Shown piece after piece: positions 38,798-52,820 of a stretch of DNA of 64,000 bases. Numbering within the stretch: the first letter of the stretch is position 1; the number at the start of each line of letters is the position of its first letter. The notes beneath the pieces were generated by a model. That model made no database searches. It was not told the origin of the DNA and saw nothing but the letters and a program-made list of their open reading frames with translations. This DNA is from Paramecium tetraurelia (Eukaryota): NCBI GenBank assembly GCA_000165425.1, contig CT868073.1:1-64000 (forward strand). The letters run 5' to 3'. The translations under genes and the position numbers were made by a program.

Positions 38798-41529
38798 ATG
38801 AATTAAAATAATAGATGGCATTTAAAATAAGTATGTTTTATAGTTTAGAGTGTGAGTGATTAATTTTATTATTATAATATAATGAATAATGTAAATTTAA
38901 GAGTAGTAATTCAACTAGCCTATTTTATATTGGTGCTTACAATAAAATTAGTTAATCATAATTCAGAATACTTTTAAGTTATTTTAAGTATGATCTTAAC
39001 TATGCTCTTTATACCTTTTAATAGATATGTGAATACATGCGTTGAGCAATAATAACTGATATTTAAATCACTATGGTAAGTTTTAAATTCTATTTTGTTT
39101 GGGCAGCGTTGATCTTGGGTTGATAAATGATGGATTCCTAAGTAGATTTCAGTATTTTTGGTTGGGATTAACAATATAACTAGAATTTGATTCCACGATC
39201 CAAAATTAAATAGTTAGAGTTGGATACCTCTTGGTTGTAATTGCTTCAGCAAATTTGACTTCAATTTATCTATTAATTGATTCGTCTGCAATTGGGATCA
39301 TTTTTGGCGAAGCTTTGTATGGTTTGCTACTATTATATTAATTTATTGTGAAAACAAATTAGTAGGTAAAGAAGTTGCCTCTACAGAAACCTTGTTCTCA
39401 TAGTTTTACTGAGAAAATAGAGAGTCCTCAATAACAGATATTTGATGAAGACTCGAATCAAATTAAATTTATGCCATTGAATTAAGGATTAGGAAAAAAC
39501 TCTTCATTATATTCAAGGGATCCATCGGTTCTTGAATAAATAGAATAGTAAAAAACCTTTTATGAGATTTTATTCAATTAGTTTCCTGAGGGAATATTAA
39601 TAATCAATGATCAAAATAAGATTGATTATCACAATAATCAAGTCTACAATTTGTTGGGAAGAAAACATATTCAAAATAGACAAGATTAAATATTGCCTCG
39701 TTTGTATGAATTAAAGAATTATAGTTCGAAATTTCAATTTGAGGAATAAGCATAGTTTGACAAATTCTTTTCAAATTTGGACAAAAAGCTAAAATTTAAT
39801 TAACGTGAATATAATTAACCTTTCGATTAACAATTTGATCAATAAATAAACAATGAGAACTCTAAAGAGAGCATTTTCAATAACAATTTCGATGACAATC
39901 AAACCGATTACTATTTTCAAGCCGAACTCAGTAAAGCTGAAACCCTAAAATAAGAATTGGATAAGGCCTTATCAGAAAAAGTAACGGAGAAAAACGGATT
40001 GTCATCTCCATTTTAAAGATAATAATCTTTTCCTTCCTAAAGAACATATAAGGGATAGGATAAAATCAAATTTTCACCCGAAGTCAAAAAGATGTTGTGT
40101 ATGATAGAAGAATCTTCTGAAGATCATGATAACGAATTATAAGAAGATAAGTCTTAGAGTGAGTGTAATACTGGATTATTGATCCAGATAACAATTAAAC
40201 CCTATATTTATGAAAATAAAAGAAGTGTATTACTTCTGATAAGAGATGTGTCATTATTTAACCAATTCAAAGTGTTATAATAGCAAAATAAAAACAAATC
40301 TAGGATGCTGGCCTATGTTTCTCATGAGTTGCGTAATCCATTAGGAGCTATAATTGAAATAAATTAATAATTGAAAATTCAATTTTAACAAGATAACAAC
40401 TTGATTTCAAAGTAATCAATACTAAAATAACATTAGATACCTGTAGCCTTTGCAGAGTTCTGCAATATCAATTTAAGGTTTGGCTAATGATTTATTGGAT
40501 TTAGCTTAATTGAAAGCTGGAAAATTTAATTTGACATGCAAGGATTTTTCAATATATCAATTATTGAATGATGCTATATCAATTATGTAATATCCTGTAA
40601 GTTTAAGGAATTTGAAATTAGATTTACAATATGACGATAAAATTCCTCAGATAATAAATTCTGATTCATAAAGAATATAACAGATAATATTTAATCTTAT
40701 TAGCAATGCCACCAAATTCACCAAGGTTGGTGGAATAACTGTAACAGCTAAATTGCTATAGCCAAAGCTTATAGAAATCTGTGTTGAAGATACAGGAGTA
40801 GGTTTGAAGCCAGAAGATAAAAATAAATTGTTTTAACCATTTGGGAAATTGGAAGATACTAAAAATATGAATACGTCAGGAGTAGGCTTAGGATTGATGA
40901 TAAGCAATGTGCTAGCTTAGAAATTAAGCGGAAATGATGAAGGATTATAAGTAGATTCAAAAGGAGTAGATAAAGGAACTAGATTTGTATTTAAAATTCA
41001 GGATGTTAGTGAAAATTAAGCATCAACTCCGAAGGAATCCAAAGCACTCATCATGAAAGAGAGCAGTCATCGAAATATACTAATTCAGAAGAGATTCGAA
41101 GATTTATCCATGGAACCATTATAAAATTGTAAATGTCCTAAGATTATTATCGCTGATGATGAACCAATCAACTTGCAAACACTAGGTTGGAAACTAGATC
41201 GAATGAAATACACCTATCTAAAAGCTTAAAGTGGTTAAGAATGCATAGAAATTCTATAAAATTGGTATAAAAATTAAGATTATTGTTGCAATTGGATTAA
41301 ATTTATCATTCTCGATATTAATATGCCTTACTTAAATGGATATTAGACTTCTAAATTAGTAAGACAAATGGAAGTAGAGAAATAAGTTAAAAGATGCAAG
41401 ATAATAGGATGTAGTGGATTTACAGATAATGAAAGCAAAAGAGTAGGATTTGAAAGTGGAATGGATATCTTTATATCAAAGCCAATTGAGGATAAGGAGT
41501 TGTAAAGTGCCCTATAGTAGCTTTAATGA
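38798..41529 (+). CDS. Hybrid sensor histidine kinase (TM - PAS-like - HisKA - HATPase - receiver)
   Basis: H-box YVSHELRNPL, N-box NLISNATKFT, G1 VEDTGVG, G2 GVGLGL; receiver IADDEPIN..ILDINMP..SKP. Confidence 0.95.
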
Positions 41530-41690
41530 TAAAATGATTCGTGTAATTAAACTAACATATATAGTCTTCCAGCTATTTAAATTTTCCTCCTTCTTCTCTG
41601 TTGTTTGAATACTAAGCTAAATAAATTAATTTGAAATAATATCTATATATAACTAATTGAATAGGATTTGTTTTTCAATCTTTATATAAA

Positions 41691-43008
41691 TCATTCCTTT
41701 TTGAATAGTTCATCCAAAGATTCCTAATTACTTAAGTATCCCAAACCTTTACAGTTGAATATAGAGGCATTGCTATTTTCTGACCTTTTTAGACTAGCCC
41801 CGCTTTATTTTCTATTCATTAGACTACTCAAGGCTATGTGTTAGTTTTCCTTATTAGGATTTGACAGTCTGTGTTATTAAGTACCTTTATCCTTAAGATG
41901 TTCATAGCAATCTTAAGATTCAATTAACTAATCAGTAAATTATAAAAATGATTTGCTTTTTTATTTGCAATTAATTCCTGATTCTAATTTTGAATTTTGA
42001 ATATTTTTGATTTATTTCAAAATTACTTAATTATCAATTTAATGACTATCATAATTAACTTTTTAATTTTAATTTTACATACCCTTAGGAACAAGAATCT
42101 CTTTATTATTATTTCTATTAGCTTTTTATAACTCTTATTTTGATATCTGATTTGAAGGAGAAATGGATCTTTGATTTTAAGAAGGAAATTGAGTATTATT
42201 GTTCGATCTACTTTCGGTTGCACTTCTTTATTAACTTCTATTTTGAGACATCAAAGAACCTTCAAGTAATTGTCTCAATTATGAGGTTTGATTAAACTTT
42301 GATTAAAACTATTCTAAACTAAAGTAAATAATCTCATAACATTTTGTTTGGGTATGGTTAATCTTATAGTCAATCATTTAACTTTCTTCTAGAATAAAAT
42401 TACCAAGATCTCTTTTGCATATCCAAAACTACTATTATTTCATTTTGTATTCATCATCCATCATCTTCTCTTGTTATTTCAATTGTTTAAGCTGAGTTGT
42501 GGTCTATTTTTCATTTGAATACGTTGATTTTGACAAGGAGGATATTTTCGATCTTAACTCTTCTAATCTTTTATTTTAATCATCTTGATCTTTCCTCCTT
42601 GCATCTATCTGCTTAACATAATCATTAAAGGACTATTTCAATGATTTGCTTTCCTCAGTTATTGGAATTAACAATTCCTTTAATGCTTAAGAGGATCCTA
42701 CAATCTTGGATCCCAAGAGTTTTATCTAAACTAAACAACACTCATACTTATGAACCCATCTCTTTAAACAGTGTATTGATGTTAATTTTCATGTTATCTA
42801 CAATAACTTTCTTTGCAATTGCTTCAATCTTGCCTCCATACTCGCTTGTTACTTATCCGAATTCCTAAGCTCATAATTGAAGAAGAACCTTCATTATAGA
42901 TTTATTATGCTTCAAACACTCCAATACTTATTTAAGGTTTGACTGTAATTGTCCATATATGGATTATATTTCATTATCACTTAAAATTTGCTCAATTTAG
43001 CAGTTCAT
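41691..43008 (-). CDS. Hypothetical helical protein (possibly F-BAR-like N-terminus)
   Basis: MNCQIEQILSDNEIQSIYGQL..., frame restored by 24- and 22-nt introns; amphipathic helical N-half, low-complexity C-half. Domain call is tentative. Confidence 0.6.
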
Positions 43009-43029
43009 AATATTAATTCAATATAATAA

Positions 43030-43555
43030 TTCAGATATCAATTTTTCATCAACCTTATTTCCAATCAACCACACAATCAAGTAAATTACACATGGATACA
43101 TCAAATGATTCCAATCTTTTTCTGACAGAATAAAAAATATCCTCAATATTAATTAAAAGTACAAGAAATACAGAAACCTCCCAAGCAAATGATTAAATAG
43201 TTTACTAATGACAATTGTATGCGGAAACATCAATGAAATAATTGGTATCCCAGTTATTAATCTAAATTGATTGATATAATACTATACACATATATTGTAC
43301 AATAACTTGAATTACCAAAAATTAGAGATGTTTCTGATTTATCCTCTATTAAACACTTTTCACATTGTTTTTTAGAAATTGCACAGCTTTTTTTATAAAT
43401 TAAAAATACCATTTAAAAATAAGTAAGACTTTTATTAGTAAACAGACCCAAAATATTGTCTTTGAATCATATTCATCGAATTCTTCATATTGAGATATTG
43501 CTCTTTTTGATATCTCACTTTGAGAATTCTACTTCTCTACTAGTTCGATATCCAT
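43030..43555 (-). CDS. Possible small membrane protein or relic
   Basis: MDIELVEKQNSQSEISKRAISQYEEFDEYDSKTIFWVCLLIKVLLIF; 3' structure unresolved. Confidence 0.3.
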
Positions 43556-43902
43556 ATTTTATTTAATATTATGAAAATAATGAAAAGAAGAAAATAGGAA
43601 ATAAACTGTCTTTCCTTTTTCAATTAAAGAATGAAATAGAATAAGAAGGGAGGCGAAGGCAATTGGATAATAAATGGAGAATATTGAAATCAACAACAGG
43701 TGTAAAAACAAAGGGAAAATTAATTATTAGGTTAATCTCCATTAGCAGTGTTCTATAAGAATGGTGATTGTTTTGTAATGAAATATTATAGATAAAATGA
43801 TGAGATTTTAGGAGCACCAATTACCATATCTGAAATTAAACTCACGTTTTGGGTAATATAGTTTCACATTTAACTAGAGATTTAATTAATTTCAAAATTA
43901 AT

Positions 43903-45847
43903 TCAAGATTTTTTTACAGATGGTCTTCTACTATGTAACTGCAACTATTATATCACTTAAGGAGCCTTATTGTTGGTAAATGTCAATGGTTTTTCATATT
44001 TTTTCTTCTCCAACATCTCCTTTATTTATTATCCCTCAATTAATAATTTTCCCATTTGACTAATTTCTCTATTTGTTCTGCTTAATAAAGTGTTTTCATG
44101 TGAAGTTAATTAAATTTTAGCAGCCAGTCTATCACACTCCTATTACAATTATTTATTCATTCCTTCCAATCTTTCTACAACTGATTATAAATGCAATATC
44201 TCCCTATCTTTCAAGATCATCTGTTATGCATTCTTATCAAAATTTTAAGAACTTTACTTAATGTAAATGAATACTTTTTATTATTTCTCCTTAATTATCT
44301 CAATTCTTCTTCGTTTTTTTGTAAGTCATTCTCAAGATTAGCAACTTACCTTAAGAGATCTCTATTCTAATCTTATAATTGCATACATTATTAAGATACC
44401 TCTTCAAAGGATCTACATTATTTTAATATTATACTATTCTGCTTATTCTAAATAAATTCTCTCTTCTTATATCTATTTAATCAAATTTTCTGAATTCTTC
44501 TATTTCATTTCCAAATCCATATATTTATCATCCTTAATTTTAATAAGATCGATGAGATTTTATCTTTCCTTTTTCAATGACTCTACTTAATTTAAAGTAT
44601 CTTTCAATTCTTTAGATTATAGATCCTTAACCTAACTTAATTGATTAGCTTATATTTAATTTTCCTTTAACAATTAAGCAATTTAAGCCTATTAATCAGA
44701 CTTATGTTATTATAATTCCTTTAATTATTAATTAAACTCTTTGATTTGCTATTAAAATTATATATCCTTAAACTACTACTATTGTAATTGCGATTATAAT
44801 TTATCTGTAAGAGAGTCCTTTTCAAGTAATTAATCTTTGAAATTTTCAGCTTCTTGCAAATATTAGTTGTTCAATTCTTCTAATTCAGAATACTTTTATG
44901 TGAGAATAGTTAATTCTTCATTTATAGCTTAAATCTATTATTGATATTGTAGATTTTTCATTTGCAATTAATCAAATTGAACTTTCATTGATTAAAACTC
45001 TTTGTTCTTATTTTTCTCAGAATTAGAGAATTATTGTTAGAGAGTAGAAAATCTTTCATTAGAATTTTAAATTGAATCAATTTTAGATGCCAATTTATTT
45101 CTTTCTATTTCAATTTATTAATAATCGCTATATAAGTAAGAAAGATTTTGTTCATATTTTTCTGACTAATATTTCATTTATTAATTATAATTCTTTAGAT
45201 CCTCTATTTTAGAATATAATTAACTTATTTCTTATTCTTTTTTAATGATTAATCTCTCCAATTCCTTAACTTTCTTTCTGTTTTATTTTTTGACATGTTT
45301 GTTTTGATCTGAATTCTACAGCTGTTTACCATCCTAAGTATATGGATCATGATTATTAAGTGATTCTTATAAGTTGGCTACCTCTTAAGCTAATTATTCA
45401 TTATCTTCTTGCAATGAATGAATCTGTTCTTTATACAAATGATTCTCCTATGTTAGGTATTCATTCTATTAAATTTTATGTTGCATTTGTGATATATGAA
45501 GATCGTTTTCTTCGATTATTTAGTTGTAATACGATGCAGCAGATTCAATTTGTTTTTTGCATTCATGTATTTAATTTTCAAAGAATTCATTTTCTTATCT
45601 TAAATTCTGACTTATAGCAAATTATGTTCTGAGATCATTCTTGAGATTTTCAATTTGATCATTTAATTCATTATTTTCTGTTTCAAATGAACACAAAGTC
45701 TAGAATTAGGATTTGAAGGTTTACCTACTTCAATGTTTGAATTTCATTTTGTAATTTCTAATTTTCGAAGCCTATATTTTGATTGAGTTTATAAAGATTG
45801 TCATATCTTGAATGCAATTCTAGTAATTCTTCATCTTAAGAAGACAT
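43903..45847 (-). CDS. Long coiled-coil protein
   Basis: MSSQDEELLELHSRYDNL...; Q/E/K/L heptad-rich frame; ends RRPSVKKS-TGA. Confidence 0.75.
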
Positions 45848-46161
45848 AAAATATATTTATATTTAAAATAAAAGATTAACGATCATAAAATTATCATTTT
45901 TCATCTTCTGAATCACTCACTTTAATATCATTTCCGAATAAATCATTGAAACTACCTTCCTTTTTGATTTATTTGATAATTTAATCCACTTATATGGTTT
46001 ATTAGTATCACTATTATTATTAAATAAATTAAGATATGCAAGGCATATATGGGTATTATAAATGAAAGGTTAATTAGCCAAACAGAGCATTTATTGAATA
46101 CTATTTGGTCTTTTTATATAATCAAAGGGTTATTGAAGAAGAAGCAAATTACGATCTGATT

Positions 46162-47821
46162 TCACTAGCCTATGGCTTATACTGTTGTTATTTTCAGTTT
46201 TATGGATTTATGAAGATGTGAGCTCTCAAAAATCGGATGAGTAAAATTGAGAGAAGGATGGTTTACGTTTGTTATTAAAGATTACTAGTTTAGATCGATC
46301 ATCCTCAAATTGGAATTACTCATTTTATTTCTTAATACAATTTTAAAACTCGAGTTCATTTCAACTAAAAAGAGTGATTTAAGGGTGAAACTATTAAAAA
46401 TTCGACGTTTTTAATTCTCTAAGATTCTTTTGTTACCTCTAATTCCTTCTTGTTTTTATAAAATTACTAAATTAATTTAAAATTTGTAAAATTAATTACC
46501 TAAAATATGTAAAATTAATAAAACCTTAATCTCTCAACTTCCTAATTTTTTTCTTTATTTTATCCAGCTGGTAAGAACAAGCAATTTCAATTCATATTTA
46601 AACAATTTTTGAATATTGATCCAAATTATTTAAAGAAACTTCACTTGAGGCTTGAGATAGAATGACAATCAAGGATAATTATTATTGGATTCAAAAGATC
46701 GAAAGCCTTAAGATTTAACTAATTAAAAATAATATAAATGAGTAATTAGAAACTAAATATGTTCATAGATGTATTCATAATAAAACCTAGTAACCTAATA
46801 TCGATGGTTGCTAGGTCTAGTTTAATCTATTTCTGGCAGTATTCGGAGCGGATGTATTGGGCCTTGTAAAGAATTATCGACTGCTTAAATTGCCTTGTCT
46901 CAAATCAAAGCTTTCAGCCATTTTAAATGGTCTTACATTTTTAAAAAGTATATCATCAAATTTTATAAATTTTTTTATTATTTATGGTGTATATGAATTT
47001 TTCATAGCAACTTGATTGCATTTGATTAAAGTAGGTTATTTCTTATTTAATCTGCTTAAGAGCTTTTAATTTTATGATTTCAATTAATCATTGGTAATCT
47101 ATAAATCAATTTTACTTTTTTATAATTCTTAAATAGATTTTTTACATTCAAATAGTTCTCTGGATAAATCAATAGTAATGCTTTATTGTTCTTGAATTTA
47201 CTACTTGGATTATTTCACAGGTTTTTCTTTCTTCTTCTTAGCTAGTTCTGTTTGAGTAGAAATGGAGAAATATTTGTTTACTTTAATTTAATTCTAATTA
47301 TGGATTGAACTTTGGGTTTCATATTTAATTGTTTATTATGGAATTTAAATAGGTTTAGAATTTTAAGTATTTGGAACAAGGAATACTGGTTAGGGTTGTT
47401 CATCATAATTAAGGAAGACTTCTGCAATATTTTTCTAAAGCATATTTCTTTGGGCATGATACTCAGATTCAGAAATGATGTTATGATTCTTGAGTTGTAA
47501 TAATAGGGAGTTTATCTTTTAGGTTAATAGTTAATTGACAATTTCAAGACTCACATAATTTTTTGTTTGGATAGACTTGAACTCTTACTCTAAAATAAGT
47601 TTTGAATACTATTCATTTTTTAGTTTGAGTTATTCACAAATTAACTTACAATCTTCATACTATTCAACAATTGATAACAATTATTCTTTGTATTTGCATT
47701 CCATTAGTTTCATCTATTAGATAACATAATCGTGAGCTTTTGATTATAACGAAGTTAATTCATTCCTTAATGTAATTGCTTATGAATCTCTTAAGATCTA
47801 TATATATTCATCGTGTTTCAT
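46162..47821 (-). CDS. Hypothetical low-complexity protein
   Basis: MKHDEYIQILRDSQAITLRNELTSL...; long code-6 frame; 3' end uncertain. Confidence 0.5.
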
Positions 47822-48381
47822 ATGGGTATATTATTTATAGATATAAATATTAGTAACAATTTATAAAATTCTAATAAACATTCCTTATATATATATAAAA
47901 TATTGTATCAAAATTTCTTTAAAAATTTAAGAGGATTGATCATTTTTGATTTTGTTGGAAGAAAATAATTGATGTTCTTACTAATTTATTATCCCTTCCA
48001 TGATATTCAAGTAAAAGGGAAAGCTTTGTCTTTAATTGGCAACCTTTTATTATATCAAATAATTCTCTCTAAATCTAAGAGATTCTACAATAACTGAGAT
48101 ATTGGTAATAACAGAATAATAATTCATTGGAATGAACTCATTAATTGATTTTTGATACTCATTTTTATCAATCTAATAAATTGTAATGGAACCAATCACT
48201 AAAAATAACCATAAACCAAAATGTTGCTTTAGGATATATTAAAATTGTATATTAACTCTTTATGATAATAATAGTATAAGTACTAAATAGAAGAGATGGA
48301 AGAATTAATTATATGATATAATTATTATAATGATTTTTATTAATATAATTACTATGGTTATTGTTTAAAACATCAATTAAA

Positions 48382-48823
48382 ATGCAATAATATTTAGAGG
48401 TTGGTTATGCTTTGTCAAATAGAGCCAGATGTACAGGATGCTTTTAAAATATTGCAAAAAATGAAATTAGATTTGGGCATGTTTTTGTGGCCCCAGGATT
48501 TGGATATGACAAAAAACATTGGTATCATTTGACATGTTTAAAATTCATACCAAAAGGAGATCGTAATCAAGATGTTCCTCTGATTAACATTCATTGTTTG
48601 AAATCAGAGGATCAAAAGAAAGTCCATGATAGATTAGATTTCGTTAAAAAAAACTGTGGAAAAAGTATATCATTTATATTATTATCAAGAATTTGCAAAA
48701 GAATGTAAATTAATGGAAAAGCAAGATGATCAGTGTGAATATATCAAAGCAGATAAAGACATCTTTTCAACTTTTATTAAACATATGAGACACAAATAAT
48801 AAAAGGAATTAGGAGAGTTTTGA
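48382..48823 (+). CDS. Stand-alone PARP-type zinc finger protein
   Basis: YALSNRARCTGC..IAKNEIRFG..WYHLTC..LKSEDQKKV matches the zf-PARP C-x2-C..H-x2-C pattern; one intron; ~140 aa. Confidence 0.9.
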
Positions 48824-49217
48824 TGAATGTAATGATTATTTAATAAATAATATATTAAACAAATTGAATCAATTAGTTATACTAATAATTACTGAAGAGT
48901 GCTTTGAAATAAGTTAATAATTGATATTCAGTTATATATAAATACATGTTATCTAAATGATATGAACAATTTCGGATCCTAATTAGTAGTTTTAATTAAG
49001 ATTTTATACTATTGTAATTCATAGTTTCAAGTTTGTCCAAAACAAAGAAATATATTAAATTGATTAACTGATAGTATTGAGCAATCAAGGTGAGAATAAG
49101 TGGGTATGATTAGAATTAGACGTTATGAATGATTATTGTTTTATTGTCTAACTTTATTATGTTTAATGTATCTAAATATTTACATCAAATCAAATTTTTG
49201 ATTATTTAATACTTAAT

Positions 49218-49973
49218 ATGAAAACTTAGTCTGTATTTACTTATTCCCTTCACACAGTCAAAGATTCCTGTCATTTTAAATTTATTAAGACAATTCAACA
49301 AAAACATAAACATTCGTTTAGTGACCTCTTTTCAAATAATCCATTAGAACAGAGCAACAAATAAAAGATAAGAAGAAAGAGTTGTTATTGTAATGAATGT
49401 GGTAGAATAAGTACATTCCAATACAAATTTATGAATCTCAAACATCAATTGCACCAAAATAGAAATCAAAGTTATACTCTACATTCTTCAAAAGAACATT
49501 TGCCAAACTAAAATAAATTCTCTATTTAGCTTCCAAGTATTTTGTTATCATTATTAAGATATTCAACATATTCGCAAAAGTTAGAGCTCTTTTCGTATAA
49601 GTAGAAAATCATTATTAAATGAAAAATCTGAAGAACAAAGATCTCCACTCATGCTATATGACTCTTTCATTTGCAAGATCTTCAATTAGTACAACCTAGA
49701 AATTATTGGAGGAAACTGTTTAGAAAAATAAAACTTTGAGACCTAGTGTTTTTCATTCTAATGATGGACCTACTCCGTTCATACTTAAATCTTAACAATT
49801 AATTACTTAACGACCTCCATAATCTGTGAGATTTACAAATACTAAAATCAAACCCCGCAACAATACGAAAAATTTTATGTCCTCTCCTTATTGGATTTAC
49901 TAAAAAACTTTCGTGTTTTACAAAAATGAAACCACCTCAAATAAGCAAACACAAAAGATTAAAAACATAATGA
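49218..49973 (+). CDS. RRxSCxCxxCG-motif family member 1 (3' half possibly frameshifted or decaying)
   Basis: IRRKSCYCNECGRISTFQYKFMN at 49368-49436. After one intron the frame stops at 49764; coding-like sequence continues in other frames to TGA 49973. Confidence 0.55.
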
Positions 49974-50022
49974 TATATCATTATAATGTTATTTTTAGTT
50001 CTTTATAATAATTATATTTTAT

Positions 50023-50916
50023 ATGTAATAATTGGATTTACCATTTGTCAGAAAACAAAAATAAAACACAGACATTTGGAAAGGCCCTAGTTTCAAGGAC
50101 TATTCATTTGAAGAAGAACGAACTTCACATATTTATAAAAAACAACATAGAAGGAAAAGTTGTTATTGTTAAATGTGTGGCAAAATGAGTCTCTTTCAGT
50201 ATACTTATATGAATGTCTCCTCTTGTGTGAATCATATCAAAGAATCTTTAATTCTCCAACAAGACATTGAAAAACAATAAGAACTTGAAAAATAGTAGAG
50301 TATTATCGACCAAAGATAATTTAGAGATAACATTAATTTATAACATAATAATAGGAGTAAATCTATAGAGTTGATCAATTCTATATTTTTGAATAATTGC
50401 CAAAGAGATAGGAATAGAAGAAGTTGTGAATGTAGTGAATGTGGAATATAGAGCACTTTCTAATAAAAATATTAAAATTTGCATTTCTTTAAAAAATAAC
50501 TACTGGCAAATCAATTTAGAATTAAAAAGATTTTAAAAAGACCTCAATACCGAAAATAGAACACAGAACAATTTTCACCCGTAAAAAATGGAGAGTTCAG
50601 ATATTTTAAAAAAAGAATGCTTGAAATAGATCTTAATAATTCAAAAAATGACAACCCTATATTAAAGAAGTTTCAAGTAAAATAACCTTAAACATAACGA
50701 GTGCTACGTCATTAATAATCATTAAATCTATTTGAAACAAATACTAAAATTAAGTTCGATATACATTCACCTATAGAAAATAAAAAACAAATACTACCTT
50801 ATTTATAATTCAATTAAAACAAAAGTCCTCCCTAAAAGAATACTAAAAAACCTACCATCACTAATCAATAAAAAGAATACTTTAAAAAACATAACTAAAA
50901 ATCTGGTATATTTTGA
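50023..50916 (+). CDS. RRxSCxCxxCG-motif family member 2
   Basis: ATG-to-TGA span of 894 nt in frame, containing HRRKSCYCQMCGKMSLFQ and RNRRSCECSECGIQSTFQ. Confidence 0.8.
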
Positions 50917-51034
50917 TTGTAATTCATTTCTTAATTTATTTTTTCTTATGCATTTATATTTTAATAAATATAGATTTTATTTTAAAACAGTAATTAAAAG
51001 CATATTAATTTATTAAATAAACTCAGAATTCATT

Positions 51035-51922
51035 ATGTCTTCATCAAGCAATCAAAAATAAATTAAACGGAGGAACAAAAGTTACATTCATATTACAAAT
51101 CCTCAAATAACTGAATAATGGAGAGAGCGAAGAAAAAGTTGCACTTGTTTGTAATGCGGATAACTTAGCTCTCTATAATTCAAGTTTATCAATTTATAAT
51201 CACAAATTTTACATTTTTCAACAAATAAACATAAGAAATTTTAGAGTATTGAATCAACATATCTGGATTCTCAAGATACCATTATTGCAAATAATCAAAT
51301 TCATAAAAGAATCGCCAAACCAATTTAAGTTAAATAACACCATTCTAATATCAATAATATTAGTCTTATATAAACTAATTAAACCCATTTCTCTAAGAAA
51401 TAACGATCAAATAGCTGCTACTGTGATGAATGTGGAAATATTACTAAATTTTAATCATAAGCAAAGTTAATCTATACCTAATAAATAATTAAATCCAGGC
51501 ACACTAATTTTAGAATTAAAAGAAATCTGGATTAAATGTTTAAAGGAATCAGTCCAATTGAAAGAAAATAAGAATAAGAAATTGAAGAAGATGAAAATAA
51601 TCCACTCTAGCCCAATCAAATTACCTCATTTAGAAGATCATTTGTACTAATTAATTAACCTATCAAATAAATCTAAAAAGTCCAACAAGGAAGTGGAAGA
51701 AAGATTTTCCTTAGAGATGCATGTAAGACAACATTCTTCTCTAAGACAAATTCAAACAGCAGAGAATTTACAATTAAATCTGAGAGCAACAGCCCAAACA
51801 TTACAAATAAAAAATTAAATCTTCCAATTGTTAAATCATCATATAGCAAGAACAGATAAGTAAATGAAGTTCAACTTTTTAAATTTACTCCTAAATTAAA
51901 TAGTATTAATCTAATATCTTGA
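51035..51922 (+). CDS. RRxSCxCxxCG-motif family member 3
   Basis: ATG-to-TGA span of 888 nt in frame, containing ERRKSCTCLQCGQLSSLQ and QRSNSCYCDECGNITKFQ. Confidence 0.8.
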
Positions 51923-52002
51923 ATTATAGATGACTATTATTAAAATTTAATATTTATATTTATTTGATCTATTCTTTCCTTTTATTCATTCAATCATTAT
52001 TA

Positions 52003-52820
52003 ATGGAATGTGTGGAAATGGAGATTACAAGATACTATAAAATATTAGATAGTTTTACCTGGCGATTTAATTCTAAGATTATTTTATATTTTAAAAGATT
52101 CAATTGAAATCTATAATAGTCAATAGGTTTAACTAGAAGGAAGAGTTGTAATTCATAATTTTATAAATACACTAGATCTTAAGCTATAGGATTAGATTAA
52201 TTATTTCAATAATAAAAGTTGCGAACTAAGTGCATAAGTCTATTTCAATAAACACATTAAAATGATTCAATGTTTCATGAGTTTTTGAATAAATAAATAC
52301 TAATCCAATATTAAAATAATATAATAACATTGTAAATAGATAGAAGATGATGAAAGAAAAAAGAAAAAGAATGATGTCAAATGAAGGAGTTCTAGCAGTA
52401 GTTACTGATTAAATTCTTAGGGAAAATAAACCCAAACTTAGAAAATTAACTAAAAAATAGATTTAGCAATTGAAAGAAAATAAATAAAATCAATCAGAAT
52501 CATCAATAGAGATTATTGAAAAGAAAAGTCCTTTGAAATGCTAAAAGAAGATTAAAGTTACTTAGGAGGCTTTGTAAAGATTTCTAAAGAGGACATTCAT
52601 AATTATTAGTGATGATGAGGCTGAAAACAACGAGATTAGTAATAAGAAAGTATTATTGATATGAAAATCATTAGAGCCAAGGTTAATAATAATTGTAAAG
52701 TTACTCAAGTTCAAGATCATCATCATTTTTATCATCTTCATCTAGTAGTAGTAATTTATAATAATATGAAAAAAGAGAGAAACAAATTCAATAGTTTTAA
52801 AATTATGATCGATGATCAGA
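52003..52820 (+). CDS. Hypothetical protein or relic, structure unresolved
   Basis: Coding-like stretch EDDERKRKRMMSNEGVLAVVTDQILRENKPKLRK..IIISDDEAE; upstream part interrupted by TGA. Confidence 0.35.

Noticed and set aside
48821..48894. TGATGA...CTGA resembling C/D snoRNA boxes
   Set aside because: TGATGA is the zf-PARP stop codon; the interior is almost pure AT with no evident guide or terminal stem.
52055..52065. TTACCTGGCGA, identical to U1 5' bases
   Set aside because: Only 11 nt with no downstream U1 stems or Sm site; likely chance.
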